Part shown: positions 55,794-64,000 of the stretch, piece by piece
How the letters are laid out: the number at the start of each line of letters is the position of its first letter
How positions within the stretch are numbered: position 1 is the stretch's first letter
DNA from: Candidatus Woesearchaeota archaeon
GTDB lineage: Archaea > Nanobdellota > Nanobdellia > Woesearchaeales > GW2011-AR9
NCBI GenBank assembly: GCA_016181265.1
Contig: JACOZP010000006.1
Location: forward strand, 19,962-83,961
DNA: 64,000 bases
Direction of reading: 5' to 3'
Position numbers and translations under genes: made by a program
Notes under the pieces: model-generated
Told to the model about the DNA's origin: nothing
Database searches by the model: none
The model's input: only the letters and a program-made list of their open reading frames with translations

Positions 55794-56306
55794 ATGGATG
55801 TTGAACGAATTCAGAAAATAAATAGTCTCGCTGTTGAATTAATGAAAAAAGGCTTGGCTACAGACAGAGAAAACGCAGTCGTACAAGCAGAACAGATTTA
55901 TCGGAATACAGATACAGAAGGATATAGCTCACTCCGTGATACGCTCAGAGAAGTTAAAGCTGAAGCTTCTCCTAAAAAAGAGATTGAATCGGCGGTGGAC
56001 CTCTCTCAAGACCAGATCAAAGAGATCTTAGAAAAAAATACAAAATTCTTAGTTTCTACCATCAAAGACTTCCAAGAGAAAATGGGAAATATGGAGAAAG
56101 AATTAGAATCATTGAAGACAAAACTTCGTTATCAAAGCATCCCTACGGCGAAAGAGATTATTGTTGATGCTCCACAACAGGCTAGTCGCCCAAGACCAGT
56201 AGAACAGCCAAGAGGAGCTCCTACGACGAATACACATCCTCGTTCGGGAAATTATAACGAACAGGATGTCTCCATCGAAAAATTCTTTTATATGGGAAGT
56301 AAGTAA
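55794..56306 (+). CDS. Hypothetical coiled-coil protein
   Basis: 170 aa, helical N-terminus, Pro-rich linker. tGAGGTGGaatt precedes the ATG. Confidence 0.45.
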   Translation: MDVERIQKINSLAVELMKKGLATDRENAVVQAEQIYRNTDTEGYSSLRDTLREVKAEASPKKEIESAVDLSQDQIKEILEKNTKFLVSTIKDFQEKMGNMEKELESLKTKLRYQSIPTAKEIIVDAPQQASRPRPVEQPRGAPTTNTHPRSGNYNEQDVSIEKFFYMGSK

Positions 56307-56354
56307 CTTCCCCGTTTATTCTTGTTTAATTTTTCGTTTAATTTCTCTCTGATC

Positions 56355-56690
56355 TTATTTCCCTCTTCGAGAGAAAGTATGTTCTCGCTCAACCTGCGCA
56401 GCCATACGTTCTAAACCAGAATAGACTAAGCGAAACGAATGAGGATTAACTTCTCCTATAACAGCAGTGCCTCGTGATGGATCAAGATACGAAAGATACA
56501 CGAAAGCCTGTGGAAAGACTGGACGGAGAGAACGCACTTTATCAGGAGAGAGTTGTTCTAACCAATCCTCAGCATTGCCTACAACCGTGTATACCGGCCA
56601 TTGACGCGGAGATTGTACAAGCTGCTTTAGAACGCCATAATCTAAAGCATATCCATCGGTATTTTTTAAGATCATAAAACGACAAAACAA
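56355..56690 (-). CDS. Hypothetical protein
   Basis: 111-aa ORF, no motif. Confidence 0.35.
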   Translation of the reverse strand: MFCRFMILKNTDGYALDYGVLKQLVQSPRQWPVYTVVGNAEDWLEQLSPDKVRSLRPVFPQAFVYLSYLDPSRGTAVIGEVNPHSFRLVYSGLERMAAQVEREHTFSRRGK

Positions 56691-56833
56691 GAGGTTCTTT
56701 ATAAGATTTTCCAGTTAGATACTACTGCTGAGAGATAACCAAACCCCAAAATATAACCCCAAAACCAGAACATTTAAATAGAAAACACCAAAATAACACA
56801 GACAGGATACTACTTAGAAATGGAGACATAAAT

Positions 56834-58294
56834 ATGCAACCAATCTTCCGACATCTGGCTCTTGTAATGCTTTTTTCACTCTTCTTTACAGCCGCTGCTG
56901 AAGCTACAATCGAAATAAAAGATGAACAGATCCTATTTGATGTTGATTACAATCAATTCAGTTCAGATTCACAGAAACAGATCACGGCTAATGGACAGGT
57001 CAATCTTGCTAACACGGGAACAGAAAGCACCAGTCTCATCCTCTCGTTTAGCAACCTCCCCACAGGATATACTGTTGAAGAAAGTACCGCTATCACCCTC
57101 TCCGCAGGAGAAAGTAAAACCGTCTCATACACAATCCAAGTCCCCCATAAGAAAGACTCTGGTAAATCAACGATCGGAACACTTCTAGTCCAAGACACAG
57201 CAACTAAAGCGGTTCTTGCGAGCCAATCATTAATTCAAAACACAAAATCTATGCTTTCACTATATGAAATAGAAATAATCTATACCGATAAAGATGGCAA
57301 AATCCAGACTGAACAATTTACAACTGAAAACGATAAAAATGACCAGATCCAGTTGGATAACAGTATCAAACCAGGCACAGAAGTCAAGATGACATTCTCT
57401 ACCGAGAATCTTTTTGACCGAGATTATGATCAAGATTACGCAGAATTAGACAATATCGAACTAAATATAGAGCCAGATGATACAAGGCTCTTTGTCGACC
57501 GAAAATTTGAAGAGACGTACACTTTTGAAAACCTTGATGCGCGCAAGAAAGACGAAAAAGTGATCACATTTACTGTCGCCGACGACGTCGATCCGGAGGA
57601 ATTCGTCTTTGAAATCACTCTTAGCGGAGAAGACGGAAAGAGCCTTAGCCACAAAGTCAAAAAAGAACTGACTCTCTCTACTGAAAGAGTACGTGACGAT
57701 GTGCGCATCGTCAGTGCAGAAATAACACCCGAAAACCTAACTTGTGAAGAAAGTGTGAATCTTCATATTTTTATCCAAAACTACGGAACAAATGATCAAG
57801 ATTATACTGGACTCGTCATCCATAACCAAAAATTGGGGATAAATGAAAACCTCGCCAATCTCCATCTTTCCCGAGCATCCAAAGAAGAGAACACGTATGA
57901 GTATACGAAAACCGTTACTCTTCCCAAAAACATTCCTGTCGGGTCGTACCCGTTAGACGTGACCGTATTGATCAAAAAAAATGAGAAAGCGGATAATGTC
58001 ATCCTCCCGTTTAAAGTAGGAACTTGTACTGTAAACAACCCAACACTTCCAGAAAATAAAGAAGTTCAACAAACGCCAGAGGAACCATCAAAAAGCACGA
58101 ACGAACAGCCCAAAGTAACATCTACACCTGAAAAAACAACAGACAAACCTGCCACGAGCACGTCAACAATCATTAAGACGGTTGAAGATCCATACACGAG
58201 CGATGATCTTGCTACCGGCCTATTATTTGTAGGATTAATTATCATCACAGTCTTTATCACGTGGTGTCTCGTCCTCCTCTTTAAAAAGAACTAG
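56834..58294 (+). CDS. Cell-surface protein: signal peptide, CARDB-like beta-sandwich repeats, Thr/Pro/Ser/Glu linker, C-terminal TM anchor
   Basis: MQPIFRHLALVMLFSLFFTAAAEA. Repeats such as SVNLHIFIQNYGTNDQDYTGLVI. PEEPSKSTNEQPKVTSTPEKTTDKPATSTST linker. LLFVGLIIITVFITWCLVLLFKKN. Confidence 0.6.
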   Translation: MQPIFRHLALVMLFSLFFTAAAEATIEIKDEQILFDVDYNQFSSDSQKQITANGQVNLANTGTESTSLILSFSNLPTGYTVEESTAITLSAGESKTVSYTIQVPHKKDSGKSTIGTLLVQDTATKAVLASQSLIQNTKSMLSLYEIEIIYTDKDGKIQTEQFTTENDKNDQIQLDNSIKPGTEVKMTFSTENLFDRDYDQDYAELDNIELNIEPDDTRLFVDRKFEETYTFENLDARKKDEKVITFTVADDVDPEEFVFEITLSGEDGKSLSHKVKKELTLSTERVRDDVRIVSAEITPENLTCEESVNLHIFIQNYGTNDQDYTGLVIHNQKLGINENLANLHLSRASKEENTYEYTKTVTLPKNIPVGSYPLDVTVLIKKNEKADNVILPFKVGTCTVNNPTLPENKEVQQTPEEPSKSTNEQPKVTSTPEKTTDKPATSTSTIIKTVEDPYTSDDLATGLLFVGLIIITVFITWCLVLLFKKN

Positions 58295-58388
58295 GGAAAG
58301 ATAAGAGAGGAATTGACAAGACTAAAGAAAGAGAGGAATAGATGTTCTTGAGAATAATCTCTAAAAAATAAAACATGAGGTATGCACC

Positions 58389-61073
58389 ATGAAAAACCGA
58401 AACTTACTGACAGCAGTAATCGCGGTATTGATCATCATCGCCACCGCAGCAATCGCTCTGGCTGAAGATCCAAGCTCGATTACGTTTACTAGCGTGTTAG
58501 TCAATGGAAAAGATGCCTCCGCATCTGAAGGAGTTACATTAAAACCATTGCAGACACTTGAAGTAACATTCAAAGTAAAAAATATCTTGAACGAAAAAGT
58601 AACAAAGATCACCAATGGGATCATCGATGAAAACGGTGATGTCGATAACTACAAGTTTACAGTCGATGGCACAACCCAATTCCATTTGGAAGCTGGCCAG
58701 GAAAGCGCTGTTCAAAAAATAACGACCACGATCCCTGCCGATGTTCCAAACGGAAAATACTTCCTAACACTCACCTCACAAGGGTACACCCTTGACGACA
58801 AACCAGTGAGCGTCAAGAAAGAATTTAATTTTACGGTAACACACGAAAAAGCAGAGATTGTCGTCAAAGTCGATCCTGTTGCTAAAAACACGTTAACATG
58901 TTCTGCTACCACCACGCTTAATGCGATGATTACCAACACCGGAACCGTTAAGGAAGATGATATTGTCACAAAAGTAATGGATGGCTCGACAGAGGTCTAC
59001 AACTCCCAAAAAGCAGGAGTAAATCTTACCCTTGCTGCTGGACAAAGCAAAAGCATCGCTATGCCTGTAACGATCACCACAGAAGGTCAGCATACACTTT
59101 CTGTCGAGACAGGATTTAACTACATTAATAATGTTCCAGCAAGCACTGCTAATACCGTCACGATCAGCATTGCAAAACAAGCCTGTTTGAGCAGCACGAT
59201 CACACCAACCAACACCGATCTTAAAGTATTGGATGGGACGACCTTAAACTTCGGAGTCTCTACGAACGAAGAAAATTACGGTAGTTCAGTTGTTTGGACT
59301 GTAGACGGAACGCAAAAAGGAACGGGAAAGACATTCAGTCAAACCTTTTCTACAGCAGGAACATTTACTGTCAAAGCAACTTTAAACCAAGAGTCTAAAA
59401 CGTGGAAAGTAGTTGTTGCTGACAAGCCGTTAGATCTTACTTCGTTTGGCTGGACACAAAGTCAGGTTGATGCGATCAGTGATCCTAGTAACGTTAAAGA
59501 CGTTGTCTTGAACACAGCTGAGGGATCAATCACTTTTACTCAACCGGTCGATCTAAGTGATATGCTTACGGTAAGTGATGTTATCAAGATCACCAGCCAA
59601 TCTGTCGCTGTCGACAGCGTAAAAGCACCTAGCCTCAACAAACCAGCAACGATCATGTTAAAGAATGTTGATGGAAAAGGAATCATCAAAGTGTACAAAT
59701 ACGATGGCTTTACTGATGCATCCGTAGTTGATAAAGCTGTTTCCTGTCCGGAAACCGTCTGCACCATCGGCAATCAACAGAATAGTGGGTTTACATTCTC
59801 TGTAACGGGGTTCTCAACATTCATTGCAGTGAGCCAGAAAGCAGCAGAACTTACTCTTCCGAGCGAGATTGTCATTGAAGACGGGAAAACGACAAGTAAC
59901 CTTAGCACGATATTCACCGTCCAAAACACTGGAACGACTGAAAGTGTTAAAAACATCGTCTTTGAACTCAGCAACTTCGCAAGCTCTGCCAATGCTAAAC
60001 TATTGAATGCACCAACTCAGCTCGCTCCCCAAGAGAGCAAGACGTTGACATTACAAGTCGATTCTGATAAGAATGCCAATTCCGGCAAAAAACTTATCGG
60101 AACAATTAAAGTGTCCAGCGACAAAGGCAGCAAATCAGTTCCTGTGTACACAAATTCAAAGAGCTTCCTCGTCATCGAAAGTGTAAAGATTAATGGTAAG
60201 ACCTCCGGAACACTTTCTTTAGTTGACGCAGAGAATGTCGTTGAAGTAACTGTCCGAAACGATTACACAGACCAAATGGATGACGTTGCCGTCACCGTTA
60301 AAATCCTTGATGTTGACGGGACCGATCTTGAAGAAGAATCAGAAGAGTTCAAGCTAAGCGAGAGCGATGATAACAAAGTTAAATTGACTTTTGACCTTCA
60401 CGAAGAGAATGTAGATAAAAAGCAATATACACTAGAAATCATTGCTAACGGAAAAGCAGATGATGGAACAACCCATGAGACGACCACTACCCAGATTGTA
60501 GACGTCGAAATCAAGAGCCACGACATCATCATCAAGAGGGCTTCTCTTCTCTCAGGGACAGCATTATGCGGCCAGCAATACGAAACGCTTGATGTCACCA
60601 TCAAGAATATCGGCAGCAACGACGAAGACAACGTTGAGATTCGCGTCAAGAACAGCGCACTGAATCTCGAGCTCTTCAAGAAGAACATCGAGCTCGATAA
60701 ATTCAGCGGCTCAGACAGCGAATTTGAAACAACGTTTACCGTTGACCTTCAGAAAGCGACAGCAGGAAATTACCCATTGACGATCGAAGTTTACCGCAAC
60801 GGTGTACTTCAGACTTCTTCAACGGTAACGTTGAGCGTCCAGAACTGTGGCTCCACAGGAGCAACTGTTCTCGGAACGAATGGTGCTGCTGGCCAAGATA
60901 CTTTAGCAAAACAGCTACAAGAACAGCTTAATGCTAAAGTAGCAGGAAATCAACCAGTCGTCAAAACGTCGCTTCGCGACAGCAATAGCTATGTCCTCTT
61001 GCTCGGCGGAATGGTCGTTCTGATCTTCGTCGCTTTGGTCTTGGCCATGGCGTTGATCTGGAAGAAGAAGTAA
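58389..61073 (+). CDS. Large cell-surface (S-layer-like/adhesin) protein with multiple CARDB/Ig-like repeats and C-terminal TM anchor
   Basis: Signal LLTAVIAVLIIIATAAIALA. Repeats TLTCSATTTLNAMITNTGTVKEDDIV and YETLDVTIKNIGSNDEDNVEIRV. C-terminal YVLLLGGMVVLIFVALVLAMALIWKKK. Confidence 0.6.
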   Translation: MKNRNLLTAVIAVLIIIATAAIALAEDPSSITFTSVLVNGKDASASEGVTLKPLQTLEVTFKVKNILNEKVTKITNGIIDENGDVDNYKFTVDGTTQFHLEAGQESAVQKITTTIPADVPNGKYFLTLTSQGYTLDDKPVSVKKEFNFTVTHEKAEIVVKVDPVAKNTLTCSATTTLNAMITNTGTVKEDDIVTKVMDGSTEVYNSQKAGVNLTLAAGQSKSIAMPVTITTEGQHTLSVETGFNYINNVPASTANTVTISIAKQACLSSTITPTNTDLKVLDGTTLNFGVSTNEENYGSSVVWTVDGTQKGTGKTFSQTFSTAGTFTVKATLNQESKTWKVVVADKPLDLTSFGWTQSQVDAISDPSNVKDVVLNTAEGSITFTQPVDLSDMLTVSDVIKITSQSVAVDSVKAPSLNKPATIMLKNVDGKGIIKVYKYDGFTDASVVDKAVSCPETVCTIGNQQNSGFTFSVTGFSTFIAVSQKAAELTLPSEIVIEDGKTTSNLSTIFTVQNTGTTESVKNIVFELSNFASSANAKLLNAPTQLAPQESKTLTLQVDSDKNANSGKKLIGTIKVSSDKGSKSVPVYTNSKSFLVIESVKINGKTSGTLSLVDAENVVEVTVRNDYTDQMDDVAVTVKILDVDGTDLEEESEEFKLSESDDNKVKLTFDLHEENVDKKQYTLEIIANGKADDGTTHETTTTQIVDVEIKSHDIIIKRASLLSGTALCGQQYETLDVTIKNIGSNDEDNVEIRVKNSALNLELFKKNIELDKFSGSDSEFETTFTVDLQKATAGNYPLTIEVYRNGVLQTSSTVTLSVQNCGSTGATVLGTNGAAGQDTLAKQLQEQLNAKVAGNQPVVKTSLRDSNSYVLLLGGMVVLIFVALVLAMALIWKKK

Positions 61074-61106
61074 TCTTTTTGTTTTATTTTTTATTTTATT
61101 TTATGT

Positions 61107-61667
61107 TTAATTCTCTTTGGGGGATTTCCACTCTGAGAATAAAGTTGCCAGCTGATGTAATCCAGACCACATCTTTTCCATTCTTTCATTAATCAATCGA
61201 ACTAACCACTCGATCTCACCAGAAAACGATAATTTCCCATCCAGATATAACGGCATCTCAATAAATTCACTCCCGCGTAATTCTACGATAATCTTATTAC
61301 TCGCACTTAAGATACAGCTTTTCTTATACAGATGTCGTACTTTCTCCAACAACAGATTGGCGGCGGCGAGATCACGACATGCAATGTGCATGATCATTCC
61401 TTCCAAGCGCAGCCAGATCAACCCTTCATCAACTATTTCTAAGAAAGCTGGCTCAATGAGAGCATGACTCATTTTTAACCATTCCGTTTCATTTTTCTTC
61501 CCTGAACCGCTCCACAGATAAACTCGACCAGAACAAGAAGAAGTGGTATAATAATCAGAAGTTGCATTAATTGCTTGGATTAACGGAATGATCTTCTCAT
61601 CCACCGAACCTTTCTTTGACTTATCTAATTTTACTAGAAACGTCTTTTTTTCATTCTCGAATGTCAT
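61107..61667 (-). CDS. taw3: tRNA wybutosine/wyosine-synthesis methyltransferase Taw3 (TYW3 family)
   Basis: DKSKKGSVDEKIIPLIQAIN...YYTTSSCSGR. I prefer the start at the ATG at 61667 (the track start 61709 is only 11 nt from the divergent trmI ATG). Confidence 0.75.
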   Translation of the reverse strand: MTFENEKKTFLVKLDKSKKGSVDEKIIPLIQAINATSDYYTTSSCSGRVYLWSGSGKKNETEWLKMSHALIEPAFLEIVDEGLIWLRLEGMIMHIACRDLAAANLLLEKVRHLYKKSCILSASNKIIVELRGSEFIEMPLYLDGKLSFSGEIEWLVRLINERMEKMWSGLHQLATLFSEWKSPKEN

Positions 61668-61720
61668 CTGTAACATTTTAAGACAACATTTTAAAAATAT
61701 TCCTACCATTTCAGCTCCAA

Positions 61721-62455
61721 ATGAGAAATATCGAGAAAGTCTTACTACATCGTAAAAGCAAAAAGATCTTTTTAGTCAAAGACCTTAGAGATAACTTCCA
61801 CACACCTTTTGGTACCGTTTCTAAAGTCGACCTTCAGAATAGCCAAGACATGATCAAGAGCGATAAAGGAGAACTGTTTACCATTTTAGAACCATCATTT
61901 AGCGACATTTACCCGCATCTCCAGCGTGGCCCGCAGATCATGATCCAAAAAGATATCGGCTTGATTCTAGCAAAAACAGGCGTGAACCATAATTCTCGCG
62001 TTGTGGATGCCGGAGGAGGAAGCGGCTCACTATGTTTATCGCTAGCTAATGTCTGCAAAGAAGTATTTGTCTATGAGATCAATCCCGAGCATTACGATGT
62101 TGTGCAGAAGAATATTAAACTGCTTGGGCTCACAAACGTAACTCTTAAACAAGAAAACGTCTACAAAGGAATCACTGAAAAAGATGTTGATCTTGTCACG
62201 TTCGACCTACCGGAACCATGGTTAGCTTTAGAGCACACAGAGAAAGCGCTAAAGACAGGAGGCTGGCTGGTAGTATATTTACCAAATTTACATCAAGTTA
62301 AAGAATTTCTTGATGCGACGAAGAAAACAAAGATTCATGTTTTGGAAACTATTGAATTATTAGAACGGAAATGGAAAATCGAAGACAAGATCATGCGCCC
62401 CGAGTTTGAGATGTTGGGACATACGGGTTTCTTGACGTTTGCCAGGAAGTTGTGA
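61721..62455 (+). CDS. trmI: tRNA (adenine-N1)-methyltransferase TrmI (m1A57/58)
   Basis: VVDAGGGSGSLCLSLA and TFDLPEPW motifs. N-terminal beta domain. Confidence 0.8.
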   Translation: MRNIEKVLLHRKSKKIFLVKDLRDNFHTPFGTVSKVDLQNSQDMIKSDKGELFTILEPSFSDIYPHLQRGPQIMIQKDIGLILAKTGVNHNSRVVDAGGGSGSLCLSLANVCKEVFVYEINPEHYDVVQKNIKLLGLTNVTLKQENVYKGITEKDVDLVTFDLPEPWLALEHTEKALKTGGWLVVYLPNLHQVKEFLDATKKTKIHVLETIELLERKWKIEDKIMRPEFEMLGHTGFLTFARKL

Positions 62456-62579
62456 ATCAGAGAAAACTATTTTGATAGAAAGTTAAATCAGAGATGAAAT
62501 TTCTATTGACAAGATTTTTGTATAACATCTTATTTCATCTCTCCGCTTGATTCAGTTTCTGATCTACTTCAACGCCATC

Positions 62580-63539
62580 CTACTTCAACTTTTTCAAATT
62601 TGGTTTTGTCTTCACACCGTGAGGATTTGGCAACCCATCTACAGACTGCCAGGGAAAAACCCGCAACGAAGGATCACAATTTTGATCATAAGGAACCAAG
62701 TTTAATTGTTCAATGTCCCGTTCCACCATCTTCCAATCATAATCAAAAAGAGGATTATGAGCATTTCCTAAACGGTCGAAAATACGGACTTCATACGACA
62801 AGCGAAGCCAGGTTCGGCAAGTATCCTGCACTGCATCATCTCCACGATGCACACAATAAGCATTCATTAGAGTAAGTTCAAATGGAGAAAAACGTATTGC
62901 GGATTGACTATTAGCCATAGCGACTTGGCGATTAAATTCCCAAAAGAAATCATGCTTAGCTATATCTAGGTTATCTAAGAAAAAAGGTTGCGGATAATAG
63001 ACAGTGGGAATAGTATCTGAAATAGTGTAGGTATGATTGATTGGCAACGGAGTAGGCCAGCGGGCTCCTTGAAAACCATCGACGTGGCAAGGTGCTTCCC
63101 TATGCAGAGTTCCTGCTTTTACAGTTCTTTGATCAATAGTTAAGTAACAGTAGTACACACTATGTTGTGGATTGATGGCCTCTTCTATGTTAGCTACCCT
63201 GCTAATTACATCTTTAAATTGCGCTAATTCTTTTGGCAAACGATAATCCGTGCCAGGAAACCTTATCGGCATGTCCAATACTCTGGTGACCCCAGGTCGA
63301 GAAAAAAAATCTCGTTGCTCTTCAGGCAAATATCCAAAAGAGACGGGTACTCTTGGAATCTTAAACTGCTCTAAATCCCATAATGTGTTTAGGTCTTTAA
63401 TCACCCGTGCATCCCGACTATAATGTAAATCAGAAATCCCGTTTGGAGTAAAGATAATTGGATTTTCAGTTGAAAATAAAGGAACAGAATAATGTTTCCC
63501 ACTGTAAGTAAGCTGCTGCATCTCAATCATTTTTTTCAC
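62580..63539 (-). CDS. Hypothetical protein, possible Fe(II)/2-oxoglutarate dioxygenase-like (cupin) fold
   Basis: PCHVDGF (HxD), later AYCVHRGD (His) and RTWLRLSY (Arg), spaced as in a facial triad. Inference only. Confidence 0.35.
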   Translation of the reverse strand: MKKMIEMQQLTYSGKHYSVPLFSTENPIIFTPNGISDLHYSRDARVIKDLNTLWDLEQFKIPRVPVSFGYLPEEQRDFFSRPGVTRVLDMPIRFPGTDYRLPKELAQFKDVISRVANIEEAINPQHSVYYCYLTIDQRTVKAGTLHREAPCHVDGFQGARWPTPLPINHTYTISDTIPTVYYPQPFFLDNLDIAKHDFFWEFNRQVAMANSQSAIRFSPFELTLMNAYCVHRGDDAVQDTCRTWLRLSYEVRIFDRLGNAHNPLFDYDWKMVERDIEQLNLVPYDQNCDPSLRVFPWQSVDGLPNPHGVKTKPNLKKLK

Positions 63540-64000
63540 CCGTCGTTTTCCTTTTTTCTGCTCCCCCTAAAACTTTCAAATTCCAAATACCATCTGCCAA
63601 GGATGCGAGATTGCCAAAACCTTTTCCTTGGATAGCGTTCTTGAAATCTCGTAACTGCCCAAGGTAGAGATTACGTTTTTCAAAAGGCAATTCATCCCCT
63701 CCGATTTTAATTTTACCACCCCCTCGAGAACCAAGAGTCCAGGTAGCAGAAGCGTAATCATTTTTACCGTAAAGATCAAATTGAAAAGGAGATTTATAAA
63801 GAACAGAAGTATAGATGCTTACGAAAGTATCATTCATTTTATAAGAGAGTAATGCTGATTCATCGTTCTTACCATATTGCAGATTATTTGTTAAGAGGGA
63901 TAGATCCTCGACCAAAGGAGTATCTTCATTTAACAACCAGCTGGCAAGATCAACGCAGTGAGTGCCTAAAGCACCAAGAGACCACCAAGGAGAAGAATCA
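63523..64000 (-). CDS. Gfo/Idh/MocA-family oxidoreductase, C-terminal part (5' end beyond window)
   Basis: I extended the track ORF (TTG at 63936). The frame stays open to 64000 and reads ...DSSPWWSLGALGTHCVDLASWLLNEDT, the GxLxDxGxHxxDxxxWL dimerisation-domain motif. Confidence 0.65.
   Translation of the reverse strand, partial: DSSPWWSLGALGTHCVDLASWLLNEDTPLVEDLSLLTNNLQYGKNDESALLSYKMNDTFVSIYTSVLYKSPFQFDLYGKNDYASATWTLGSRGGGKIKIGGDELPFEKRNLYLGQLRDFKNAIQGKGFGNLASLADGIWNLKVLGGAEKRKTTGEKND

Noticed and set aside
1-64000. rRNA genes, CRISPR arrays, transposases and IS elements.
   Set aside because: I saw no rRNA-like conserved blocks, no regularly spaced direct repeats and no transposase or integrase motifs in any frame of the ORF track.

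Overview
Gene-dense archaeal chromosomal window. Archaeal markers are TFB, ribosomal S17e, the L1/P0/P1 stalk operon, GatD, Taw3, a PAC2 chaperone, two intron-bearing tRNAs, and TTTATA-type boxes 20-30 nt upstream of many ATGs alongside GGAGGTG-type Shine-Dalgarno sites. A small-genome, DPANN-like lineage is only an inference. Many genes are bacterial-type: MetK, DnaK/DnaJ/GrpE, Fpg, RadC and a lambda-type lysozyme domain. I saw no rRNA, CRISPR array, integrase or transposase. The main candidate for an undescribed system is an ~11.4 kb, four-gene, translationally coupled minus-strand operon (27625-39029). It encodes a 666-aa protein with an archaellin/pilin-like class III signal motif, a 1920-aa Cys-rich orphan giant protein, a 188-aa pilin-like anchored protein, and a 1026-aa secreted fusion of an EEP nuclease/phosphatase, two SGNH esterases and a lambda-R-type lytic transglycosylase. 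I read it as a possible cell-surface attachment and envelope-breaching module aimed at murein-walled cells. Other notable items: a tRNA-Leu(GAG) with two introns; a ~65-nt double-hairpin element flanking dnaK, plus a related palindrome at the grpE/wHTH-regulator divergent promoter; a three-member family of unannotated 44-53 aa membrane peptides; and an operon whose poly-gamma-glutamate-hydrolase-like protein carries an internal twin-arginine motif. Function calls rest on motifs recognised by eye in the supplied translations; no database search was run.
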